From an uncultured virus (IMG/VR IMGVR_UViG_3300044911_002384) (Duplodnaviria > Heunggongvirae > Uroviricota > Caudoviricetes), in the IMG/VR virus record IMGVR_UViG_3300044911_002384: a DNA stretch of 64,000 nucleotides; one strand, given 5' to 3'. The translations under genes were made by a program, and so were the position numbers. The notes below the pieces were generated by a model, which saw nothing but the letters and a program-made list of their open reading frames with translations, searched no databases and had not been told where the DNA came from. Of this stretch, positions 29,784-36,748 are shown one piece after another (position 1 is the stretch's first letter; each line of letters opens with the position of its first letter).

Positions 29784-29990
29784 TTACTTCTGATATTTCT
29801 GATTCATTTCGTCTATAGTTTGATCCCACTTTAATTGTGCTAAAGCTAATGTATATACAAGATAACCAGCAAATGAAAGTGCCAACACTGCTACTGCCCA
29901 ATTAGGCAAATAACTCATTACAAAACCGGTAACAAAACCAGTTAACATTACTCCCGCAGTTATTAGAGCTGCTTTAAGTTTTATGTTCAT
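29784..29990 (-). CDS. Small membrane protein
   Basis: Two hydrophobic segments. Confidence 0.55.
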   Translation of the reverse strand: MNIKLKAALITAGVMLTGFVTGFVMSYLPNWAVAVLALSFAGYLVYTLALAQLKWDQTIDEMNQKYQK

Positions 29991-30076
29991 TTCTGTTTCC
30001 TTTCAAGAACTTAACTAATGAACCTATATATTACATGAAGTTCAAAAAAAGTTCAAGAACTATTTTTACCAAAATC

Positions 30077-30175
30077 TGGTGTGGTCGGTAGGCTTCGAAC
30101 CTACAAGAGCTTGGCTTTGCCTGTGCCCATCCCCGACCCAACGAGTGGGAGCTTTTCCAGTTTGCTTACGACCAC
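30077..30175 (-). tRNA. Atypical tRNA-like RNA, anticodon unassignable
   Basis: Intact acceptor GTGGTCG/CGACCAC+ACCA, D-arm and T-arm; extended bulged anticodon arm with 6-nt loop. Confidence 0.7.
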
Positions 30176-30180
30176 AGCTA

Positions 30181-30209
30181 ATTATATAGTCGTAAATGGT
30201 AACTGTCAA
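30181..30209 (-). promoter_or_regulatory. sigma70 consensus promoter of the atypical tRNA
   Basis: TTGACA-N17-TATAAT. Confidence 0.82.
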
Positions 30210-30211
30210 GC

Positions 30212-30391
30212 TTATTCTGCTCTCCATTCTACTCTGCCATATTGATCAATATGAGCAATACTTTGCTGTCTTTTTACTTCAACGTATTCTCGACGATCTT
30301 CTATAATAGTCCCGCCTCTCTGAACCAATTCAGAGATTTTTATTTTAGCAACTTGTGTTGCTGGTTCAAATTTTTTAAATTTAATTTCCAT
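30212..30391 (-). CDS. Small hypothetical protein (59 aa)
   Basis: Not in ORF track; AGGAG SD; MEIKFKKFEPATQ...DQYGRVEWRAE. Confidence 0.55.
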   Translation of the reverse strand: MEIKFKKFEPATQVAKIKISELVQRGGTIIEDRREYVEVKRQQSIAHIDQYGRVEWRAE

Positions 30392-30405
30392 AATTATCTC
30401 CTTAT

Positions 30406-30480
30406 TGGCCGGTCCGGAGAGATTCGAACTCCCGACAGCTGGTTTCGAAGACCAGAACTCTTCCGCTGAGCTACGGACCG
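30406..30480 (-). tRNA. tRNA-Arg(TCG)
   Basis: Cloverleaf, loop CTTCGAA, CCA. Confidence 0.9.
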
Positions 30481-30486
30481 AAAACT

Positions 30487-30561
30487 TGGAGCGGATAATC
30501 AGATTCGAACTGATGACCTACACGTTGGCAACGTGTCGCACTACCACTGTGCTATACCCGC
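30487..30561 (-). tRNA. tRNA-Gly(GCC)
   Basis: Loop TTGCCAA, CCA. Confidence 0.95.
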
Positions 30562-30565
30562 TTAT

Positions 30566-30647
30566 TGGTGCGCATGGAGGGACTCGAACCCCCACCCCGA
30601 AAGACTAGTTCCTAAGACTAGCGTGTCTACCATTCCACCACATGCGC
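30566..30647 (-). tRNA. tRNA-Leu(TAG)
   Basis: Loop CTTAGGA, variable arm, CCA. Confidence 0.93.
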
Positions 30648-30670
30648 ATAAAACTATTTAAAAATAAACT

Positions 30671-30748
30671 TGGAGCTTAGGGTCGGATTTGAACCGACGA
30701 CTTTACGGTTTTGCAGACCGTTCCATTGGACCACTCTGGCACCTAAGC
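30671..30748 (-). tRNA. tRNA-Cys(GCA)
   Basis: Loop CTGCAAA, U73, CCA. Confidence 0.93.
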
Positions 30749-30749
30749 G

Positions 30750-31310
30750 TTAAAATTCTACCCACTCACGAAATCTTACACTCAACGATAATCGTTGTTG
30801 TGATCCTGAGTTGAATATACTATGAGGAACATCTATTCTATACAATGTCGGTTCTGTCAAATAATAGCTGTCAATTTCTTCTACATCCTCTAACTCGAAT
30901 ACATGCCCTTCAGGCAAAGAATTATATTCTAAATATTCTTTAGATTCAACTTTTTTCTTATCAGAGTTTTTAGTTATAAATTTTTCTTGATCTTTAACTT
31001 TATAAAAACTAGTTCTAGTTTCCGTTGTACAATTGTAAATTGGTATGTTAAGTGAAAAAGGAAAAGTTATTTTCCAATCAGTATGAATTGGCCATAATTT
31101 ATTCGGAGGAACCGAAACAACTGCAACATCATTAACATTACTCCAATCAGTATATATTGAAATACCATCGACTAAAGGTTTACATTTTTGAAATAAGATC
31201 GGATCATGACTTCTAAAACCTCCATGTATTTTATAATCATCAGGTAGATTCTTATAAACAATATCGCCAATTTTTTCCCAATCGGGTATTTTCACAGATT
31301 TGTATAGCAT
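30750..31310 (-). CDS. Putative Fe(II)/2OG-type oxygenase
   Basis: IHTD, LNIPIYNC, PHSI, RLSLS; resembles 21280..21819. Confidence 0.55.
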   Translation of the reverse strand: MLYKSVKIPDWEKIGDIVYKNLPDDYKIHGGFRSHDPILFQKCKPLVDGISIYTDWSNVNDVAVVSVPPNKLWPIHTDWKITFPFSLNIPIYNCTTETRTSFYKVKDQEKFITKNSDKKKVESKEYLEYNSLPEGHVFELEDVEEIDSYYLTEPTLYRIDVPHSIFNSGSQQRLSLSVRFREWVEF

Positions 31311-31320
31311 AAGTATATAT

Positions 31321-31956
31321 ATGACAAATTTTTATTCACTTTCTTTTCCTGTATTGCCTGACAATTTAAATCGACAACTTTTACAATATGCTCTCGATAA
31401 AAAAGATACATCAGGGTTCGACGTAATTAACATCAACGAAGTAAACCAGGAGACTTTAACATTTAAAGACTTTCATAAAGAAACAAACACAAATATAACT
31501 TCTTATTTTATAATCCCATTATCTGAAGAATTAAAAAAAGAAATACACTCTTTTTTAGGAGATTCTTTGTTTCCGCATTCTAAAATAGATTATTATTTAC
31601 ATTATATAGTCGGAGATTCAAAATTTGTTCCCCATCGAGATCCTGGAAGGACAGTTTGTTTTCTTTATAATTTAACTGATGACAATGCCGATACAATTTG
31701 GTTTAAATCTAAAAATAATGATAAAAAAATAATGTATCTTTTAAATGAGATCGATCAGATTGAGTCTAAAAAATTTGAAAAGCACCAGTGGTATTTGTTA
31801 AACACAGATGAAATACATGCTGTTTTTGGTATTAACGGACCTCGTATAGGATTGACCTGCAATCTAACTACGAGTTTTTCTAATATAACTACCTTCGAAT
31901 CTTTTGTAAAACAATACGACAATTTACTGGTTGCGGAGAACAGGAATCGAACCTGA
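31321..31956 (+). CDS. Putative Fe(II)/2OG-type oxygenase
   Basis: PHRD, WYLLNTDEIHAV, RIGL; start taken at ATG 31321. Confidence 0.55.
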   Translation: MTNFYSLSFPVLPDNLNRQLLQYALDKKDTSGFDVININEVNQETLTFKDFHKETNTNITSYFIIPLSEELKKEIHSFLGDSLFPHSKIDYYLHYIVGDSKFVPHRDPGRTVCFLYNLTDDNADTIWFKSKNNDKKIMYLLNEIDQIESKKFEKHQWYLLNTDEIHAVFGINGPRIGLTCNLTTSFSNITTFESFVKQYDNLLVAENRNRT

Positions 31957-32004
31957 TGTCTTCAGCTTATGAGACTGACGAGTAAACCGTTTCTCCCCTC
32001 CGCC
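31928..32004 (-). tRNA. tRNA-Met(CAT), initiator-like 1:72 mismatch
   Basis: Loop CTCATAA, ends CTCCGCAACCA; lacks the three G-C pairs of classical fMet anticodon stems. Confidence 0.85.
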
Positions 32005-32008
32005 ATTA

Positions 32009-32836
32009 TTAATCTGTATAAATTTTCGAATAATCGAAAGCTATTCGATGTAAAACTCTATTGGCCATATCTTCAAATGGCCAACGTTTATGAATACTTA
32101 ACCATTGTTCAGAAATTACAATGTCTCCGTCTTCCCAATCATGATGATAAACATATTTTTCTTGTAAGATATGATCAGTTAAAAGATTCATAATTTCTTT
32201 AAACTCTTTTTCTTCGTAGTTTTCAAATCCGAAAATTTGTAGAAAAGGAAAAAATAAACCTTTGTTTCCTTCTTTATTAATTTGTACTAAATTAACCGGA
32301 TTATCTTTATCTATATGTTCTATAAAAAATCTACTATTGGAATATGAACCTACTTTGTATCCACAGTATACTTTGATATTGTTAATTTTTTCTTTTATGT
32401 CGCTAGGCAAATCTTCATAAGAACGGATGTTGTTTATCCAACTAGTTCTTGAACCTTTTGTTCCTTCTACACCATACAACCAAATTAATGGAGATCGTTG
32501 CTTGTTGCTAGGTTGATTTGCATGCCAATCTAAAGCAGCTTTATGACCAAATAATCCTTCCTCACCATACTCGTTCTTTTTTCCGGTAACACGTAGTATA
32601 CCATCATTTACTCTGATGTGTTTAATTCTTTCTACGTCTGGAGGATAATATTGATATTTTCCTATTTTAGAACAAAAATTTAACTCTTGTTCAGGAGTAA
32701 GTTTTTGATTTTTAAAAACAACAACCATGTTTTTTACAACTAACTTACCTATTTCTATAATTTCTTGATCGGACAGATCATTTAAATTTTCATTTATAAA
32801 AACGGTCCACCCGTTGTCTGCATAACTTATATTCAT
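32009..32836 (-). CDS. TauD/TfdA family dioxygenase
   Basis: VVVFKNQKLT, LDWHAN, HDWEDGDIVI, IHKR, RVLHR. Confidence 0.85.
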   Translation of the reverse strand: MNISYADNGWTVFINENLNDLSDQEIIEIGKLVVKNMVVVFKNQKLTPEQELNFCSKIGKYQYYPPDVERIKHIRVNDGILRVTGKKNEYGEEGLFGHKAALDWHANQPSNKQRSPLIWLYGVEGTKGSRTSWINNIRSYEDLPSDIKEKINNIKVYCGYKVGSYSNSRFFIEHIDKDNPVNLVQINKEGNKGLFFPFLQIFGFENYEEKEFKEIMNLLTDHILQEKYVYHHDWEDGDIVISEQWLSIHKRWPFEDMANRVLHRIAFDYSKIYTD

Positions 32837-33126
32837 AGATCTTCTACATCTTTTCCATTATCTACATAAAATTTATCTTGTTTGTGTTTACGTTCCTGCA
32901 TAGTTTCTTCTTTGAACCATTTTCGAGGATTACCACACATATAACACTTGGGATCACCGCAGTTTAGTATATGTTTCTTATGATTACGATGCGGTTGTTC
33001 TAAATACTTCCACTTACCATTGTGATGCATATAGTAATCTTTGGCTATACGCACTTGTCTTTCGATTGCCACTTCATCTTTATGAAGTCTCTTGCTATGA
33101 TGAAACTTATCTAATTCTGTACTCAT
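32833..33126 (-). CDS. Hypothetical protein with Cys cluster
   Basis: CGDPKCYMCGNPRK; AGGAG SD. Confidence 0.6.
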   Translation of the reverse strand: MSTELDKFHHSKRLHKDEVAIERQVRIAKDYYMHHNGKWKYLEQPHRNHKKHILNCGDPKCYMCGNPRKWFKEETMQERKHKQDKFYVDNGKDVEDL

Positions 33127-33140
33127 AACAATCTCCTAGT

Positions 33141-33230
33141 TGGCGGAAGCGGTGAGATTCGAACTCACGGAACATTTCTGTTCGTCTGTTTTCAAGACAG
33201 GTGCAATAAACCGGACTCTGCCACACTTCC
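33141..33230 (-). tRNA. tRNA-Ser(TGA)
   Basis: Loop CTTGAAA, long variable arm, CCA. Confidence 0.95.
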
Positions 33231-33249
33231 ATAATACTTATACTAATAT

Positions 33250-33341
33250 TGGTACCAGCGGTAGGAATCGAACCTACTCAAGAACGCTAATCTGGCGCTA
33301 AAAGGTGTATAAGACCTCTCTGACTTCCAAGTCTCGCTGGC
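33250..33341 (-). tRNA. Atypical tRNA with TAT anticodon (Ile?)
   Basis: Acceptor GCCAGCG/CGCTGGT, 4-nt D-loop, 7-bp anticodon stem, loop CTTATAC, long variable arm, CCA. Confidence 0.75.
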
Positions 33342-33360
33342 ATATTTGGTAGGAAAAATT

Positions 33361-33434
33361 TGGTAGCCCGTGACAGAATCGAACTGCCGTAACCGCCGTG
33401 TAAAGACGGAGTTCTACCATTAAACTAACGGGCC
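33361..33434 (-). tRNA. tRNA-Val(TAC)
   Basis: Loop TTTACAC, CCA. Confidence 0.93.
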
Positions 33435-33490
33435 TTAAATTCTCTAAGATAAGAATTTCGTTTTGTATCTTTTTTGTATCGTCTGTAGTT

Positions 33491-33513
33491 TCTACCAACT
33501 GAGCTAACCTCCC
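33491..33513 (-). pseudogene. tRNA 5' fragment (acceptor 5' strand plus D-arm only)
   Basis: GGGAGGTTAGCTCAGTTGGTAGA with no following anticodon or T arm. Confidence 0.55.
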
Positions 33514-33582
33514 ATACAGGAACACACTCACGTTTCTTATGTCTCTATATGCTATCTGCATATCGAGTGTGTTTTTATATGG
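33512..33582 (-). repeat. Inter-tRNA spacer hairpin, copy 1
   Basis: CCATATAAAAACACACTC...GAGTGTGTTCCTGTATGG. Confidence 0.7.
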
Positions 33583-33655
33583 CGTCCCGTACCGGATTCG
33601 AACCGGTGTGTTCGCCGTGAAAGGGCGGTATCCTAGGCCTCTAGATGAACGGGAC
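33580..33655 (-). tRNA. tRNA-Glu(TTC)
   Basis: Loop CTTTCAC, CCA. Confidence 0.95.
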
Positions 33656-33669
33656 TTTGTTTTTAAAAT

Positions 33670-33724
33670 TGTTAAAGAACACTTACTATGCCAACAGTAT
33701 ACAATCTTACTTTGTTACTGTCAA
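33670..33724 (-). promoter_or_regulatory. Internal sigma70 promoter followed by boxA-like site
   Basis: TTGACA-N17-TATACT, then TGTTCTTTAACA (33670-33681). Confidence 0.7.
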
Positions 33725-33731
33725 CAGTATT

Positions 33732-33807
33732 TGGTGCTGCCTCCAGGTTACGATCCTGGTTCCTCGGTTCTTCAGACCGGTGCTATGACCACATCAGCTA
33801 AAGCAGC
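33732..33807 (-). tRNA. tRNA-Phe(GAA)
   Basis: Loop CTGAAGA, T-loop ATCGTAA, CCA. Confidence 0.9.
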
Positions 33808-33809
33808 TT

Positions 33810-33885
33810 TGGGGTGTCCTACCGGTATCGATCCGGTACTTCCAGTTTCACAGACTAGTATGCAGGCCACTACATTAAGGACACC
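33810..33885 (-). tRNA. tRNA-His(GTG)
   Basis: Loop CTGTGAA, G-1:C73, CCA. Confidence 0.9.
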
Positions 33886-33891
33886 ATTGTT

Positions 33892-33966
33892 TGGCACCGC
33901 CTAAGAGAATCGAACTCCTATTTCCTGGTTCGCAACCAAGTGTACTATCCATTGTACTAAAGCGAT
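33892..33966 (-). tRNA. tRNA-Arg(GCG)
   Basis: CTTGG-TTGCGAA-CCAGG, CCA. Confidence 0.85.
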
Positions 33967-33979
33967 AATAAATATTGCC

Positions 33980-34699
33980 ATGGAACTTCTTGATATATTA
34001 TATACACCACTGGATCTGCCTGCTCCGCCTACTTGCAATGCACAATCTATAATTGATTGGATCGATCATAATAAAGAACAATTAGAACCTTACAAACAAT
34101 ATGCATATGATAATGAATTAACTTCTGAAAAAAATACTAAAGTTAAATGGCCTTGGAACATGGGGCTTGCTTATCTTAATTGGCAAGATCAAGGACCTGG
34201 GTGGCTATGTAACTTTGACAAAGAGTTTCCAGAACTCAGTAAGTATATGTACGAAGTATTTGAAATACCTTTAGAAGATTTAGGTACTATTGTAATACTG
34301 CCTGTAAGACACAAACATACTGGCATGGGATTCATGCACCAGGATCCTGGTAACTTTGGTCTTAGAATATATTTGGAGTTCGAGCATATAGGAAAAAATA
34401 AATTGTTTTTACAAAAAACAAGAGTTCCTTATATTAAAAGACCTAAGTATGAACCGCCAGTAGATCCAAAAATTTTACAACCAGAATTAATTGAATGTCG
34501 AACATTTTCTAATAGAGGTTGTTGGTTTATTAATAATACTCGTGCATTCCACGGTACATATACTGAAGTAGAAGACAGTACAAGAATTGCTGTTATTGTT
34601 AGTGGCAATCCTCGAAGTGATGCTAAAATCTATGACAGACTTAAAAATAAAATCATAGCCTCTGCCGAAAAATACAAAGACTATGCAGTGTTATGGTAA
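33980..34699 (+). CDS. Putative Fe(II)/2OG-type oxygenase
   Basis: MHQD, WFINNTRAFHG, RIAV; YTPLDLP resembles WLPLDIP of 19576/20409. Confidence 0.5.
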   Translation: MELLDILYTPLDLPAPPTCNAQSIIDWIDHNKEQLEPYKQYAYDNELTSEKNTKVKWPWNMGLAYLNWQDQGPGWLCNFDKEFPELSKYMYEVFEIPLEDLGTIVILPVRHKHTGMGFMHQDPGNFGLRIYLEFEHIGKNKLFLQKTRVPYIKRPKYEPPVDPKILQPELIECRTFSNRGCWFINNTRAFHGTYTEVEDSTRIAVIVSGNPRSDAKIYDRLKNKIIASAEKYKDYAVLW

Positions 34700-34769
34700 G
34701 GGGTACAGGGATCGAACCTGTGACACGCGGAATCAAAATCCGCTGCTCTACCAACTGAGCTAACCCCCA
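34694..34769 (-). tRNA. tRNA-Gln(TTG)
   Basis: GCGGA-TTTTGAT-TCCGC, weak 1:72 pair, CCA. Confidence 0.9.
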
Positions 34770-34776
34770 ATAAACT

Positions 34777-35052
34777 ATGAAAGACAGAATACCAACTAAT
34801 CTAAGACGCATGGTAATTGAAAGAGATGGTCTTCGATGTGTTTATTGTGACTTAGATTTAACAAACAATGAAGTTCATCTAGATCATGTAATACCTGAAT
34901 CTAAAGGTGGAAGAACATCGTTTGATAATTTACAAGTTACTTGTAGAAAATGTAATCTTGAAAAAGGTATTCTGACTGAAAGCGAATTCGTAAATAAGTT
35001 ACGAACCAGAGCTTTAAATATTCTTAGTAGAATAGGTAATGGTGGAGGATAA
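34777..35052 (+). CDS. HNH endonuclease
   Basis: RDGLRCVYC, HLDHVIPESKGG, NLQVTCRKCN. Confidence 0.92.
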   Translation: MKDRIPTNLRRMVIERDGLRCVYCDLDLTNNEVHLDHVIPESKGGRTSFDNLQVTCRKCNLEKGILTESEFVNKLRTRALNILSRIGNGGG

Positions 35053-35113
35053 CAGAATCGAACTGTTAATCTCGGCTTGCAAAGCCGATGTTATCCCATT
35101 TAACTAATCCCCC
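35040..35113 (-). tRNA. tRNA-Ala(TGC)
   Basis: G3:U70, loop TTTGCAA, CCA. Confidence 0.93.
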
Positions 35114-35115
35114 AG

Positions 35116-35361
35116 TTATTCTACATCTTTCTTGTCAACACAAGTTTCGCCTCTGAACACATAAACATCGCTGTCTATTCTCAGTTGTTCAAATACTTGA
35201 TTGTTTACACAGATGAATGGATCTTTATGATTTTGAGCATAGTAATACGCACCGTATCCTATGCCACCTAAAATCATAAGAATAGGAATATATTTTAAGA
35301 ATGATATAATCTGAGGCATCATGCCTAAAATTTGCGGTAGTTTTTCCAATAATTCTTTCAT
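35116..35361 (-). CDS. Small membrane protein
   Basis: One TM segment then Cys pair. Confidence 0.55.
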   Translation of the reverse strand: MKELLEKLPQILGMMPQIISFLKYIPILMILGGIGYGAYYYAQNHKDPFICVNNQVFEQLRIDSDVYVFRGETCVDKKDVE

Positions 35362-35374
35362 ACTGTTATTTAAC

Positions 35375-35463
35375 TGGTCTTGGTTGTTTGCCGCACAACC
35401 AAGGAAAGCGGGGGTCTGTTGTTGACAATTTGTCCTACTCTACGCCGTCAACAAGGGCGAGTA
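35375..35463 (-). ncRNA. Candidate pseudoknotted small RNA ending in ACCA
   Basis: TTGTTGAC/GTCAACAA and CTTGGTTGT/ACAACCAAG stems with loop pairings; 3' ACCA. Confidence 0.55.
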
Positions 35464-35464
35464 T

Positions 35465-35539
35465 TGGCTCCGAGAGTAGGGATCGAACCTACGACCAAAA
35501 GATTAACAGTCTTCTGCACTACCGCTGTGCTATCTCGGA
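35465..35539 (-). tRNA. tRNA-Asn(GTT)
   Basis: Loop CTGTTAA, CCA. Confidence 0.95.
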
Positions 35540-35549
35540 ATAAACTTTA

Positions 35550-35623
35550 TGGTACCCTTGGAAGGTAACGCTCCTACGTCTTTCGATTATCAGTCGAGTG
35601 CTCTACTTTTGAGCTACAAGGGC
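35550..35623 (-). tRNA. tRNA-Ile(GAT)
   Basis: Loop CTGATAA, non-canonical T-loop AGCGTTA, CCA. Confidence 0.85.
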
Positions 35624-35625
35624 AT

Positions 35626-35700
35626 TGGTAGTAGTGGTAAGAGTCGAACTTACACTGTACACCGTATGAAGGTGCTGCACTACCATTATGCTACACTACC
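35626..35700 (-). tRNA. tRNA with CAT anticodon (elongator Met or Ile2)
   Basis: Loop TTCATAC, CCA. Confidence 0.88.
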
Positions 35701-35783
35701 ATATAGAAACACATTCTTGGGCTCTCGTAACAGTAGCCCATAGCTCCGGACGCCATTATGTGTTTGAATGTGTTTTTATATGG
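35699..35783 (-). repeat. Inter-tRNA spacer hairpin, copy 2
   Basis: CCATATAAAAACACATTC...GAATGTGTTTCTATATGG. Confidence 0.7.
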
Positions 35784-35857
35784 TAGGTGCGGTGAGACTC
35801 GAACTCACAACTTATCGGTTAAAAGCCGATTACTCTAACCAGTTGAGTTACGCACCC
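35781..35857 (-). tRNA. tRNA-Lys(TTT)
   Basis: Loop CTTTTAA, CCA. Confidence 0.95.
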
Positions 35858-36061
35858 ATTCTTACTCCGTATAACTGCCACATAATTGCGGCTAGCTTAT
35901 GCTTGTTTTGATATGTGTAACCATATCTTAGCAATCCGCCTTTACAGCTCTTGTCACTATCCATAACAGGATCTCCTTATCTTAAATTTTTGTGTATATA
36001 AATTACTAAAATTCCAACCATTATTATAACTGTCACGCCCCCATGATATTTCTCCTTATAA

Positions 36062-36136
36062 TGGCGACTCGTAGGAGAATCGAACTCCTGTGTCCGGATA
36101 GACAGTCCAGCATAATTACCTCTATATGAACGAGCC
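36062..36136 (-). tRNA. tRNA-Asp(GTC)
   Basis: Loop CTGTCTA, G73, CCA. Confidence 0.92.
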
Positions 36137-36138
36137 AT

Positions 36139-36212
36139 TGGCTCCGGTGGAGGGAATCGAACCCCCACTAACGGTTTTGGAGACCGTCGCACTGCCATTA
36201 TACTACACCGGA
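36139..36212 (-). tRNA. tRNA-Trp(CCA)
   Basis: Loop CTCCAAA, CCA. Confidence 0.93.
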
Positions 36213-36218
36213 ATTATT

Positions 36219-36306
36219 TGGTGGGTGCTGATGGTAACGCTCCACGAACCTGACTTCCTATCTCTTAAGGTAACGGTTTTACAGACCGCCGACAGGGGCA
36301 ACACCC
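36219..36306 (-). tRNA. Atypical tRNA-Tyr(GTA) with reduced D-arm
   Basis: Acceptor GGGTGTT/AGCACCC+ACCA, GCGGT-CTGTAAA-ACCGT, only ~10 nt in D region, very long variable arm. Confidence 0.7.
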
Positions 36307-36520
36307 ATAACACTCTCACGCTATGCGTGTCAAGGGTGACTAGAGAGTGTGTATTAAAAAGCACTACTCATCTGCTTGCGCAATTTGACTGTTCGGCAAT
36401 GCTTTTTAATACGCTACCATTTTTTTATCCACACAAGGATAATCCATCCGGTAGGCCGCCCTTTTACTGGATGTTTATAGTGCCCAGCGAGGTCCTCGTT
36501 ACCTCTTTACACACTGTACT
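36307..36520 (-). ncRNA. Structured leader RNA between attenuator and first tRNA
   Basis: Stems GAGG/CCTC, CATCC/GGATG, TTATCC/GGATAA, CTACC/GGTAG, GTATTAAAAAGCA/TGCTTTTTAATAC, ACACTCTC/GAGAGTGT. Confidence 0.5.
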
Positions 36521-36523
36521 GCT

Positions 36524-36560
36524 AAAAACAAAAAACCCCAGGGTTTCTAATCCTAGGGTC
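36524..36560 (-). terminator. Attenuator terminator hairpin
   Basis: ACCCTAGG-N9-CCTGGGGT followed by TTTTTGTTTTT. Confidence 0.8.
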
Positions 36561-36586
36561 CTTTGAAGTTTGTGTTTTGTATTTTA

Positions 36587-36718
36587 CTACGTTACACGAT
36601 CCTCCATGGACCCTTTACCTGGTGTACGATCATTACTCTCAATCGTTGACCAATAAGAGGGCATAAAGCTCCCTTGCTTGGCTATCGTTTTGATTGTATA
36701 ATGAATCGTGTGTTGCAT
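36587..36718 (-). CDS. Putative leader peptide (43 aa) of tRNA array
   Basis: Not in ORF track; AGGA SD; MQHTIHYTIKTIAKQGSFMPSYWSTIESNDRTPGKGSMEDRVT, then TAG TAA; 3' end contains the antiterminator strand. Confidence 0.7.
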   Translation of the reverse strand: MQHTIHYTIKTIAKQGSFMPSYWSTIESNDRTPGKGSMEDRVT

Positions 36719-36748
36719 TTTTGTTCCTAAAAATTAACTTATGATGTT

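Noticed and set aside
33491..33655. Permuted or split tRNA formed from the 5' fragment at 33491-33513
   Set aside because: No complementary acceptor 3' strand (ACCTCCC-N-CCA) found nearby; treated as a remnant
28693..36566. ORF-track entries overlapping tRNAs or ncRNAs (28693, 30242, 30405, 31969, 33298, 33539, 35380, 35549, 35977, 36126)
   Set aside because: Chance frames through GC-rich RNA genes; no SD or protein motifs
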